Below the pieces are notes generated by a model. It saw nothing but the letters and a program-made list of their open reading frames with translations. It had not been told where the DNA came from and did not search any database. Of a stretch of DNA of 64,000 bases, positions 25,415-37,619 are shown in pieces. Both the position numbers and the translations under genes were made by a program. The DNA is taken from contig NW_004797574.1 in the NCBI RefSeq assembly GCF_000002075.1, positions 633,329 to 697,328 of the forward strand, written 5' to 3'. Source of the DNA: Aplysia californica (Eukaryota). Positions within the stretch are counted from its first letter, which is position 1, and each line of letters opens with the position of its first letter.

Positions 25415-26193
25415 CTGGAATGGGGGAAAATGGGACAAGAGGTTAAATAGATGTACTGCAGCAAAACTTGCGTTTATCACTACATAGCATTGGATCATTG
25501 GACAGAAGGGCGAGAGCCCAGCTGTTGCTGGATCGATAACAACAACAACATAGACATAAAATAAATAAACAGTCGAACCTGTGAGAAACTACCCAATATC
25601 CGAGGAGAAAAACAGTCGCCATAGACAGTTAAGTCATTTTGGATAGCGCAATTAAAATACATTAAAAAAACACAAGAGGAGAAGTGTTTTTCTTGACAAG
25701 CGGCCATTAGACCAAGTTTAACAGTTCATAAAAAAGGCAGCCATCATTATCACCCCTTATGCACATACCTGTGTTCCAAAAATGACTCTTATTGGTCTAT
25801 ATTTTTACTTTGACTAGCAGCTATTGTCAAATAACAAGCAAAATAAAAAAGGAAGTGAAATTAACCAATTTAAACACCAAATATATAAAAACTGACAACA
25901 ACTAATACAAAGGCCTCTCTACTGAACAGTCTCCTCTGACCAGAGCTGAATGTGAAATTAAAAAGTCCCACCTCCTAAAAACATTACTACGTAGAAGCTT
26001 CACACAGACAGAGGAGAGTAGGTCTAAAACTGAACATTATGCCATACCTAACGTACAGGTTTATAAAAAATAATATTGAGCAAAATCCTGTGAGTAATAC
26101 AGTTCAGTCCATTTATAACAGCCTATTATTACAGGAACTTGGATATATAACAGTGATAAATTAAATCCCCATTTATTTTTTTTTCTCAATAAG

Positions 26194-29100
26194 TAGGTAC
26201 CACAAACCCCCGCCTCTGCGCAGTTGAAAGCGTGTAGGAAGCTAGAAATTTGGTCATTTTTAATCAACCATAACTCTTCTAATTTGACACCAATCTTCAC
26301 CCCGTTTCGAACTAAGTCAGTTCAACTATTGTTTTTAGCTAAAATCAAACTATTGAGGACGGCAAGGAACGAGATATTGTATAGTAAGCTATCTAAAAGG
26401 GTCACCGAAATGCACGGGAATGCGTTTTTCGCGTCATTTTTCATGCCGGCCACGGCGACAAAAATTTAGGGTGCCTCATAAAAAGCCTTCGCGCTACGCG
26501 GCTATAACTGCTATCGTCATGAAACAAAAAGTGCAAGAACGAGCTTTGAATAAGCTTTCACCCGGTACCAAGCGCTTGTTGCTAAAGTTAATTGTTGACC
26601 CAGAAATATCGGGAGTTTTGGAACCTATTTTTAGAATGGAAATCTCCAAGTCTGACCAATGATTGGTAGAAAGAACCCTGGTCTACTCAATAGTAGAACA
26701 TGTCAAGGGAATCGTGTGCAAAAATGACTACGATTGGTCTGGCAGCCGTTTAGCGCCGCTTGTTTTTGTAAACACACATGCTGGTCCCATCTCTGGCGAC
26801 GCGCTTGATTCAGCAATGGCGAAGAATTCTTTACGTGCACTACTACATATTTTCGATTACGCTCTATTCACGTACATAAGTGCATATTAAGGGCTGCATT
26901 GTGCTTCCAATCATGGATAGGGATATTCAGGAGATGTGTGGTAAGTTGATTTTGTTAATTAGATTGTTATAGTGTTACATAGTTCTTCATAAAGTCATCA
27001 ACCTTTGCCTGACCTAGATCTAGCTAGGGCTTGAAGCCGAGATCGCAAACATGCGAACGGGTGGTCTCATTCAGAGCGCCCTGTAATTAATTCAGTACCC
27101 AGTATTGTTGTAAATCTGGTTTGGATAGAAAGATAAGAAGCTTAAATTTCTTGAAAATATGGTGAAATCTAAATCAATTTGTTTTTAGTCATTAAAATTG
27201 GTGGTTTTTTTCTGGTCACGTGACCATTTCATTCTATCGATGATTCCGTAATGGTGACCTCTTTTTAAAGATCATAGCAAGCTTGATGAATTCGTCTGTG
27301 AAGGGGGTGCAGCTGGCATTTGTTCATTGATGAATGAATATATTCTCTTGAATATCGTGAATATCTGACAAAGTCTTTGATAACTAATTCATTTAATTGT
27401 TTTCTTTTAGCCAATATATCTATTTTAGTAGTAGTAGTATAAGGTTTTACGGCGCTCGCAACTGCTAAGGTCATATGAGCGCGCGAAACACAAGTTGTTC
27501 GCCTCTGCGAAAGTTCACTTCACGACTGGTAACTAATTTACTTTAAAATGCTAAAAAGTTAAAATATTCAAATTCGGTGTAAATACATTTGTGATCTAAA
27601 ACAACTTTTAAGTAACAATAAAAATTTTAAATAATATCAGATTCACTTTACAACTCGCCATAAAGGCCAATGGCCTTTATAAAATTTTAAATTCTGCTGG
27701 GAACAACGACGGAGAAAATATCCTGCAATTTCTTGCATTTATAATATTTCCTTCGGATCTCTCCAAAGTCTAGACATTCTGTTAAAATGTGTCTAATGGT
27801 AAAATCTGTGTCGCATCCGACACAGAACGGCTTCTCCTCTCCCCGTAGGAGGTATTTGTGGGTCAGGGCCGTGTGTCCGATGCGCAATCGAGTAAAAATG
27901 ACTTCGTCTCTTCTGGAGAGATCCGAAGGATTTCGCTGTTCTAGTCTGGGTTTAATTTCATATAATTTATTATTTTTCTGGTTTTCCCAGTGGCTCTCCC
28001 ACAGACTGGATATATCTATTTAGACTCATGAAACAAGTACCGACACCAATTGAATTATTTTTTTATACAACTGTCAGAGGCTGGTTTACTGCTGAAAATG
28101 GACTCTCCTACTCGAGAGCTTCATTCATAATAATTCGTGATTATCAAATAAGTCGGTACCTTTAGAATTGCTAGATCTATTCCTGAATAGACCCAATTTT
28201 TTTAGAGTAATGAGCCATGGGGAATTTGAACTTTGTTGCAGATCTAACTTGTGTCTCCTCCACCCTCTCCCCAATTGTCCTGGCCTTGGTTTGATTTGAA
28301 AATGGGCTCTGCCCATGCGGGAGCTTCTGCACAATTTTTTTATTTTTGGAAAAAAATAATCGTCTTGAAACGAAAATGGGCTCTGCCCGGGCGGGAGCTT
28401 CTGCCCGATTTTTTTTATTTTTGAAAAAAATTGTTTGGAGATTCTTTCCAATTAAAAAAAAGTAATTAGAACTGAGGAGTTTTTGTGTGTGTTTGTGTAT
28501 CTGATCTGTCATTGTTGAATATTTACTTTATTAATGCCGCATTTTATCTCAGATTTGATTGCAGAAATGGATTCCTGGCCCAAAACCACATAGGAATGGA
28601 GCTTTTGGGCGTCTTTCTTGTTGTTCTATAGAAGTTATAGATGATTTTGTTGAAATTATGCCGAATAATTTCTTATTTTTTCTTTTATCTAACCTCGTAT
28701 CATTGTAATGCTTCATGTTATCACAGAAATGATAACAGAAATGGATTCCTGGTCCAAAAGTACATTGGCATGGAAAGTTTCAGACATTTACCATGATTTT
28801 AGGTGATTTTATTCTGAAAAGTGTTTAAGCCATGTGTACCGTGATGTGATTTTCTGTTTATAACGCACAATTGGCAGTTTTCCCGTTTTTGTGGTTCCAT
28901 AACTGATTAAATTGAAGTGCCAGAACTCTGAAAAAAATTGGGCAAAAATGTTCTGTAAGTTTCATTTCTTTTCAGCAATAACTTTCTATTTTATTGATAT
29001 CTGAAATCAGTCTTTTTAGCATTTTTGAATTAACATTATGCATCAAGGAGTAATTTTTTTCCAATTTCAAGTCTCTGTATTGGCTTAATTTAAACTCTGA

Positions 29101-29397
29101 TTGTCCTCATCTTGGTATTTTGCATAATTTATACTGGCACCTGTTGAAACAAATGATAATACACACTTTATGTACCTGAATATATTTTCTGTGAACTCAC
29201 AAAATCGCACTTTTTAACGTGATTTTAAAGTTGCCAAAAATTTACGACGTCCACAAATTTCAAACGCCTGTCATTTTTTTATTTATTGTCCGATTTCTAT
29301 AATTCAAACACCAAAGTTCATGGTTTGCATAGTTCTTTATGATGCAACAAACAGAAGTTTGATCAAAGCACTTTGAAATTTGGGTTTGTGGTACCTA
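26194..29397. mobile_element. Non-autonomous TIR DNA transposon, superfamily unresolved
   Basis: 16-bp perfect TIR TAGGTACCACAAACCC; CAATAAG duplicated at 26187-26193 and 29398-29404. Confidence 0.85.
27426..28009 (-). mobile_element. 5'-truncated I-group (Nimb/I-like) LINE, 3' end
   Basis: ORF2 C-terminus RIGHTALTHKYLL...CVGC...TIRHILTEC (CCHC motif), (TAC)n tail, 12-bp TSD ATATATCTATTT at 27414-27425 and 28010-28021. Confidence 0.85.
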
Positions 29398-29812
29398 CAA
29401 TAAGTGTAAATAATAATATGAACCTGGCTATAACAGGTTTCAATTTGCGCAGACTTGGAATATAACAATGATCTTGTAGCACAGGAACTAACTTTCGATC
29501 TGTCAAATTATCAACATTTGTTTCAAGCTGTTTGTATAATCGCTTGCCTAAACACAAACTTTCAACCCCCCCCCTGGTCACTGATTGATCCTGTCTCAGT
29601 GTGTCAGCAAAACAGCCCACTGGAAAAGGACCTGCGGTACTCGAATATATACAGTAAGCTGAAGGTGCAATGATACTGGTAGTTTCCCTTGATAACGGTT
29701 ATATTAAAACAGGACTCTCTTATAACAGGGAAAAACTGCAGGTCTCGTCTGTCCTGTTATATTCGAGTTTGACTGTACATCTGATACCAAAAAAAACAAC
29801 AGTGTAACTTAC

Positions 29813-29883
29813 GTCTGGCTGCAATCTGAGGAGGAGGTCCCTGTGACACTGGTGCTTGGTTTTGTTCCACATTTGCTTGAGCC
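29813..29883 (-). CDS. snf: SNF coding exon 4 (linker)
   Basis: (K)AQANVEQNQAPVSQGPPPQIAAR; CAG acceptor, GTAAGT donor; needed to join phase 2 to phase 1. Confidence 0.85.
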
Positions 29884-30178
29884 CTGAGTAAAATATATTT
29901 GAAAATTAAATTGAAAAAAGGTCATAGACTATGTGTGAGATAAACAAATGGAATGGAAGCTACATGAATAGATAAAAATGAAAGAAGTCGGATCTGGTAA
30001 CAGAAACCACAAGTGACTTCTGAGCCTCGGGAGCGAAAAAAAAAAGGTTAAACAGTCAAAGACAAAGTAAATAGACCAATAAAAAAGACCTACACAGACA
30101 TAGATCTAAACCATATTATACAAATTAACTAATGGCAGAAACAACATATTATTACTTCAAAATTCAACAGTATCTTAC

Positions 30179-30303
30179 TTGGATCGTTTCTTCCTCTTGC
30201 CACCCTCATCCTCGTGTTTGTCTCTGCTGCGTTTGGGTTGCTCCACATACGTCCCCTTCATCTTGGCGATGACTTCTGAATCTTTCTTTGAAAATTGTAT
30301 TCT
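30179..30303 (-). CDS. snf: SNF coding exon 3
   Basis: RIQFSKKDSEVIAKMKGTYVEQPKRSRDKHEDEGGKRKKRS; end of RRM1, helix C and a basic stretch. Confidence 0.95.
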
Positions 30304-30866
30304 CTGGAGAAAAAAAATAAGAGTAAAGAATTAAAACTCATATTTTCATTCCATCAAAGAACTCAAACAAATACTTTCATCTCATTGAACCCCACACTCT
30401 CAGTAAAAGTACAATGGGGAAAGCAGAAAATTTAAAGACAGGAACTTGTTTATGAAGTAAACAGTTCCTAAAAGAAAGCGCGCAGAGCAAACTTCGAGGA
30501 GATATTTATTAAGCTTTCACCACAAGTCTATTGCTTATTACTGCATCAATTACACACAATGAAAATGTTTCGTTTTGAAACAGATTTCACACCAGTCACC
30601 ATTCACAAACTTCAGAAGCTGTAAAACATACATACCGTATTAAAAACTTGTAACGTCTTTTAAACGGCAAGAGCAAGCAATATAACTCAAAATGCAAATA
30701 AATCGACAGAAGACCAAAAAAGTGGCTATGGCTGTTGACAGTTCAGGATATAAAGTGAAAAGCCAGGTCAAAAAAAAAGAAAAAGAAAAGTGATACTGCG
30801 AAAGAGAGAGAGACACAGAAAGCATGAAAGAGATGAATCAACAAAGGAGCTAATGAGTCTACCTAC

Positions 30867-31039
30867 CATAGGTTTATCATAAAATGGAAAGCCTTGCATA
30901 GACCGCAAAGCATTGGCAGCACTGTTGATTTCCTTGAAGATGACAAAGGCTTGACCCCGCATTTTGAACGTTTTTAAGGCAACAATGTCCAGGATTTGTC
31001 CAAACTGTGAGAAAATTGCGTACAAGGACTTCTTGAGCT
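30867..31039 (-). CDS. snf: SNF coding exon 2 (RRM1 core)
   Basis: (E)[57 protein letters not shown] with RNP1 RGQAFVIF. Confidence 0.97.
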
Positions 31040-31497
31040 CTGTAGGGGGAAAAAAATCCAAAGAATAAACAGACACATAAAAACAATTTATGAGCAAAAC
31101 GGGGAAGACACAGCAATTATTGTATTCATACAAAGCACTCGCAAAACTATGCATTGTTCCCTTAAAGAGAGAAATTAAACCATATTTTCCCTTGAAGAAA
31201 AAAAAAACCGTCCACATAAATCACCAGATTTCAGAAACACACCCTATCTAAAGCAAGTCAGTTTGTCAGTAAATGTTAATTATGCTTGAAAATATGAAGC
31301 ACACTTGTCAATTGTGGTTATTTTGCATAGAAAACGACTCAAGAGTCATGAAATTGTTGTTGCCTAGCAACTTGCATTTAATTTTAACATGTTTGCGGAA
31401 CCGTCCTTGACAATAAACAGCAAATTCTTGAAATTGTCTCTTTATTTTATTATCTTTCCTTTAAAAACAAATAAGACCTCAGATTTTTAAAACTTAC

Positions 31498-31561
31498 CAT
31501 CTTTCTTTATCTTCTCATTTAAATTGTTGATGTAAATTGTGTGATTGGGATGCACAGCCAT
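31498..31561 (-). CDS. snf: SNF coding exon 1; whole exon 31498-31583
   Basis: MAVHPNHTIYINNLNEKIKKD with RNP2 IYINNL; GTAAGT donor. Confidence 0.96.
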
Positions 31562-32155
31562 CTCTGTCGTCTTCCCTCCGAACCTGAAGAAATATCAGAA
31601 AGATAATCAATTAGAAAAAATGAGAAAAGCAGCATGTCTTACTAATGAATACTAATTTACATCTACAGACATCTATTATATATTTGGCAACTTGGAAAAA
31701 CGTTTGTCACTTTTCCCATAAACCTACGACAGCTGCAGAGTTGAAAGTTGGCAAGTACCTGCAAAAAGATAGATAGGTCCCCATGACGGAGCCCGTTTTT
31801 TTATTTACAAATTTCCTGAATTAAGAAAAATATATTTTACAAAAAGTTCCCGTCCTTCTTTGGCCTTTGTGATTATTTCACTGAGAAACGAAACATCTGC
31901 GTAGCTGCCCTTCACAACGGAAGTGCAGGAAGAGACATATTTCATGAGGCGCATTTTGTTCTGAGAGTATAGATCTAGACCTAACTTTTTTGCATCTCTC
32001 AAGATTTATTACTCCACTCCAGTGGAGTGTAAATACAGTAGGCCAAAGACTTTCAGTTGATGTTAATGCACCGATCATTCCTTTCATCGAAAGGGGGCCA
32101 AGCTAGTCTTTTTTAATAAATTACAATCTCAGTAATTCTCGTTCCATAAATTTAC

Positions 32156-32350
32156 CTTCTCCTCAAAGTTGTACACACACACAAGCGCACACACACAGCC
32201 CAAGCAGTCGGTCATGGAACCTAGTGACGTAGCCCATCGCACGCTAAAACGGGGTGCCCATTACCATGTGATCTAGTCAACTGGCGAGGGAAGCCCCGGA
32301 AGACGACAAAAATAGAAGGCGGAAATACGTCATCTATATTTGGGCCAATC
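32156..32350 (-). promoter_or_regulatory. Probable non-coding first exon and promoter of SNF
   Basis: Donor AAG|GTAAAT at 32155-32150; ETS/CRE-like GGCGGAAATACGTCA near 32318-32332; CCAAT at 32345-32349. Confidence 0.55.
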
Positions 32351-32537
32351 ACAGGTGTGCTAGGTGCTCGCTGTAGCTTCGTGTAAATTGAACACTGCCT
32401 CAAGTTCTTACTTTTATATTTATATTATATTATATTATAGGGACCCATGGACGTCATGGGGACCCATTTATATGAGATTGACGCCGTTTGATTAGATATC
32501 TAGTAGAAAAAAAGTGCATATGATAGTGTGTCAATAG

Positions 32538-32892
32538 TGGCGTAGGTGGCCTAGTGGTTAGGCACTCGGACTCGCAACCGTAAGGTCGTGGGTTCGAATC
32601 CCGTCAGGGACCCGACGTTGTGTCTTTGGGAAAGGCACTTTACACGAATTTTCCTCACTTCACCCAGGTGGGAATGGGTGTCCGGCTTTAGACAGCGAAA
32701 GATCTTGTCAGTTTGTTAGTGTTTGAGCGCTTAATCGGCTGCTTGCACTGTATGCTTCCCGGGAAGCTGAGAATGTTTCTGAGTGTTCTATGGTCTGCTG
32801 GGGTAATAATGTAGTGTAAAGCGCATAGAGCCTGCTGTTGAGCGGGGATATATGCGCTATGCAAATGCTATCTATTATTATTATTATTATTA
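32538..32892 (+). mobile_element. tRNA-derived SINE with V-domain-like core and (TAT)n tail
   Basis: A box TGGCCTAGTGG, B box GGTTCGAATCC, core GTTGTGTCTTTGGGAAAGGCACTT; copies at ~19748-19875(-), ~46676-46995(-) and ~40975-41075. Confidence 0.85.
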
Positions 32893-33271
32893 CTTTCAGA
32901 CATAATATCAATGCATCCAGCAATTATGACCAGTGTGTGTGTGTTGTGTGTGTGTGTGATAGGGGAGGAAGTTCCTTGTATTACTGGAAAGTTGAAGGCA
33001 ATCAATCATTGCTGGCGGGTGAAAAACTATAAGCCTAGAGAATGCAGTTGAGTTACTAGTATTCAGTAAAGTCAGAAAGACTTCAAAGTAACTAAATCAA
33101 AGTTGGTCCCCAAGTTTTGGTCAAATAAAATAAAAAATTATAAGATTTCCGCTATCAGCGACCCAAAATTAGTCAAAATCAAGCGGGGAACACGATTTAA
33201 TGCCGGATTACCAAGACATTTTTTTGGGTGTGTTTGTGTGTTTTGTCAAGGACTGAAACTTCAAGGATTAA

Positions 33272-34300
33272 CTCATTCGCTACGTATTACTTTCGGCTTG
33301 TGGGCGAATTTTTTTTCGGGAGGGCGAAAAAGATGATGACTAGTGGGCAGTTAAAAGGTCTTTGGGGCAACAAATTCAAATAAATATCAACGTATTATAT
33401 ACCAACATTTTCAGTATGGTTTGTAGAATACATCTGTAATGTTTACTTATGTATTTTTCAACTTTGGTTCCTGTAAGAGACGATTATGCAACACACTTTT
33501 GATCAGATGCGGATAAAATTTGAAAATAACAAATTTATAATCTTTCATGAAGCTCCCAAAATATCTTTGCACCTAGCCAAATGATACATCAAAATAACCA
33601 TAAATGAATACAGAACTGGAAAATATTGAAAAGTTTGCAGTTATTTACCTACATTCCGTAATATTATTTGTACATTTTGAACATAACATCCGATATTGAA
33701 AAAAAAATTTTTTTTTTATAATCTTGACAAACGATCAGAAACAGAAAAAAACCACCCTTATCTTATATGGAATGATTCAGAATTGCATTTGGAATAAACC
33801 TATTACATGTCTTAAGTGGCGCTTTTTGTGTAAATTCATCAAAAAGTAGTAATTTTGGGGAGAAAAAAATATTTTGACAATTTACTAGCACTCAAAAATA
33901 TTGATTTCTCGATAACAGTGCATTGGCAATTTGAGTCCAATCGTATCAGTATTATAAAAAAGAGTCCTACATTTCGTTAGTGTGCAAAATTATGATATAT
34001 ATTTTGTTGTGTAAAATTACTAAGACTGGTGTCCGGGTTATAATTTTGGCATCGCGATAAAACAAAGTCGAATAAACTACGAAATCGCGTTTCAAAACTG
34101 AATCTAAATTTCCGATTTTCAGTGGAAATGCTTGATTCGGAAGTCAACATTATATTATGACCTTTATTTTAACATGGATATGTGGATTGGAAAGAATCCA
34201 AGCTAAAATTGAAGATCGGTTCTCGAGCCGCCGGGGGCGGCTTAGCGTACTGACGGCACTTTAGCCGCACCGCCCCCCATGGCTCGGCGTAGCGAATGAG
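33272..34300. mobile_element. Non-autonomous piggyBac-like element, family F
   Basis: 13-bp perfect TIR CTCATTCGCTACG with TTAA on both sides. Confidence 0.85.
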
Positions 34301-34554
34301 TTAAAGAAAACTGTACGTCTAAATGGAACTTCTCTTTGACAAACTGCCAGTTCAACCATGACCCAGATCTAGCGTCTGTTGTTTCAACTGCCAGTTTGTC
34401 AGTGAATGAACTACACGCCTAAAGGGGCCCTAAAGATGTTTATTCTAGACCTAGCCTCCCTCTAAGCCAAGCTTAATCGACTCTAGCCAGGCTAGAGCCA
34501 GCTAGATCTAGAATCTATATCATGACGAAAATAGGCTAGCTTTCAACTGCTTAA

Positions 34555-35089
34555 CTCACTTCAGACGGTTCACGCAACAGTTGCGTGACCCTCGCAGCAG
34601 TTCTCGCAAGCCTGCGTGATCAACTTTGTTGTTTTTTTCTTCCGCTATACAAATCATGCACGCGTCGCGTGATCTGTCTCGTGCCCTTGTTTGGCCAGTC
34701 CTGAGCTACTCAGGCTTAGTTTCGTATCTCTGGGGCCGATAGTTTTTAAGTTATTGAAGGTGAAGGACAGTCACGCCAACTAGGGTTGAACTGACCAAAA
34801 CTCGGACCATGTTTTTTCTATACAGCTGAACGCGCATCAAAAAGTAATCATTTAGAAGAATCTGAAATCGTTGGCGGGATAAAAGCGAGTATCCCTAAAC
34901 GGGACCGCAATTGTACAAGAGTGCCCCGCGTTGGACAGGTCTCCGTTTTATACAGGAAATTAGAGAGGAATATATCAAGGGGGGAGCAGGGGGAGATTCC
35001 AAAGGCTAAGGCAGGTTCGACTGTACTCCCAAAAACGCCAGTCATCATCAAAGCTTGTGACTGGTGAAAAGGACCCAGTAGTCAGCGAG
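34555..35089. mobile_element. Degenerate, internally deleted family E element containing a family B fragment
   Basis: Both ends homologous to 23351-24275; internal piece ends GGCAGGTTCGACTGTA. Confidence 0.7.
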
Positions 35090-35400
35090 TTATTTCGTCA
35101 TACTGGATACCAAGGGTCATGTAAGATTTCTCCCAGTAAAATTGAAGAATAGCAGACCACCTGCAGAGAATACTTTTTTTGGAACTAAAAACTGTCGCAA
35201 ACTAGATTCTAAGCCCTAGATCTAGATTCTAGATCAGTAGGCTATCTATTATTTTGGGAGGACTTCCGTAACGAGCGACCACTATGACTTATGACATGAG
35301 ACAGCAGATTTGAGGGTGATCTTGTAGTTCCGTTCGTTAAAGTCCACGATCCATTTGTTTACATCCAGAGAAGAAATCCAGAAGTCTTGATGACCAAATA

Positions 35401-36284
35401 CTATTGGAAATGGTAGCGTCAATTGCCACCAAGTGACGCAGTGACAATTGACAAAAATTGACTTTTTTTTGTGTCAATTGCCACCAAGTGAAGCGGTGTC
35501 AAGTCTGAAAACCACACTATCTTTAGCATTATACGTGTGTCTAATGGGTCGATTTGTTCTCAACTAATTTCATTGGACGAGCATCTAGTATAGAGCTACG
35601 GTACCAACTTGGCGTGTTTTCAATGAGACGTAGGCCTAGATCTAGGCTAGCCTTAGCCTACACTACACTTTGGTGTAGAACCAACACAGGCAAGACTCTA
35701 GAAGTAGAAGGTTACAAACGCACACACAAACTCAAGCAGAAATTCACGTTATATATCGGGGAACATAAATCGGGGGACAGGGGTCAGGAAAAGACACACA
35801 CATACACACACAGACACAGAGGGACAGAGAGGCGAACGCACAACACCGAGCACTCGACCACAAAAAGCTAGATCTAGATCTACGAACCAACGCAAAAGAG
35901 CTCCAATTTACTCGGGGGAAGATTGAAGAATACCGGACCACTCGTACATTATTGCGCGAGAAAGTGGGGTAGGTGGGGCGGGTGGTTGGGGTGGAGGAGG
36001 AGGGAGGGGGGTTTCAGGGGGGTCTCCCCCCTGACAAAATTTCAATGAATAGATCTAGATTCTAGATCTAGAATCTAGATTCTATATCTAGATCTAGATC
36101 TAGATCTACCGGTCCCAGATTCTCCACTGAGAGATATTAAAAACGGGAAAATTATGAATTCCTAAGGTTGAGACATAGGCAAAGTCGGTCCGCTATTCTT
36201 CAATCTTACCTTACTCTGTGGCAATTGACAAAAAGTCAATTTTTGTCAATTGCCACCGCGCACTTGACACTACCATTTGAAATA
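35401..36284. mobile_element. TIR element hosting a Merlin-like MITE
   Basis: Inverted ends CTATTGGAAATGGTAGCGTCAA and TTGACACTACCATTTGAAATAG, with repeated TGTCAATTGCCACC motifs. Confidence 0.6.
35916..36210. mobile_element. Merlin-like MITE
   Basis: GG(G/T)AAGATTGAAGAATA TIRs; 8-bp flanks TTACTCGG and TTACTCTG (7/8 match). Confidence 0.7.
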
Positions 36285-36826
36285 GATAGGCTACACAAAG
36301 AGAAGGGGGGTGCAACCTCCTAATTGCAAAACATCAAATTAGGATAAAATTCCCTGAACTCTGAATCTAGATCTAGAGTCTGATCTAGATCTAGATCTAT
36401 ATCTATATCTACTGGTGGTCTGCTAATGTTCAAAGAGGCTCTTCTCCCAACCTAAAGCAATCTTTAAGATAATTAGCACCAAAAGAAAATAGCAAACAAG
36501 AACAATACAGGAAACATTCGTTTTTTCATTCCACCGGCGCCGAGCGATTGTTTACAAACTCAGACACCGGGATCGTACCGGCGGAATTACAATAATGAAA
36601 AAAAAAGCCGTAAAGGCCAATAAGGAAAATATGACAGTATCAAAAACGATTAAGCACTAACGAAGACTTACAATTATATAAACTCGCAACAGCTTATGAG
36701 ACTGCTTTGGATGATACTAGATTATTCCCTCTCTCACTCCTTTCAGTTCCAGTTTCACTTTTCCAAACGCTTTGCCGACGAAGAGAGAGACGCGACACCG
36801 TTCTTCGAAAGTGTGACCTGGGTCTT

Positions 36827-36828
<2 letters not shown>

Positions 36829-36880
<52 letters not shown>
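36829..36880. repeat. (TC)n microsatellite running into assembly gap 36881-37329
   Basis: Seen directly; the other N gaps are 40136-40675, 42909-43186 and 52188-52359. Confidence 0.95.
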
Positions 36881-37619
36881 NNNNNNNNNNNNNNNNNNNN
36901 NNNNNNNNNNNNNNNNNNNNNNNNNNNNNNNNNNNNNNNNNNNNNNNNNNNNNNNNNNNNNNNNNNNNNNNNNNNNNNNNNNNNNNNNNNNNNNNNNNNN
37001 NNNNNNNNNNNNNNNNNNNNNNNNNNNNNNNNNNNNNNNNNNNNNNNNNNNNNNNNNNNNNNNNNNNNNNNNNNNNNNNNNNNNNNNNNNNNNNNNNNNN
37101 NNNNNNNNNNNNNNNNNNNNNNNNNNNNNNNNNNNNNNNNNNNNNNNNNNNNNNNNNNNNNNNNNNNNNNNNNNNNNNNNNNNNNNNNNNNNNNNNNNNN
37201 NNNNNNNNNNNNNNNNNNNNNNNNNNNNNNNNNNNNNNNNNNNNNNNNNNNNNNNNNNNNNNNNNNNNNNNNNNNNNNNNNNNNNNNNNNNNNNNNNNNN
37301 NNNNNNNNNNNNNNNNNNNNNNNNNNNNNATTCTATCTGCACTTTTTCTTGGGCCTTTCCTTGTCACACCCTTATCTTTTTGTTCTATAGGCCTATCTTT
37401 TATTCCTAATACTTCACACACAAAAGGGGACAAAGGGTGTTTAAATCGTGATTCATCAACAATATTTGGACACACCCACCTCACCCCTGACTTGTTTTAC
37501 TCTATTTATTCAAACAAAGTCATTTCATTCACCTGGTTTAGGATTCGTAGGAAAATATTCAGCAAAAATAACATATTTTAAAAACGATAATAACTTTATT
37601 ATTATGACCTCCCAAAGGT

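Larger units (their letters stand above)
26100..29775. mobile_element. Old CAGT-ended MITE hosting a nested TIR element
   Basis: Degenerate 22-nt TIR (CAGTTCAGTCCATTTATAACAG vs CAGTCAAACTCGAATATAACAG), TA on both flanks. Confidence 0.5.

Noticed and set aside
32538-32612. tRNA-like sequence with good A and B boxes
   Set aside because: No proper acceptor stem or poly-T terminator; it continues into a SINE core and tail with other copies in the window
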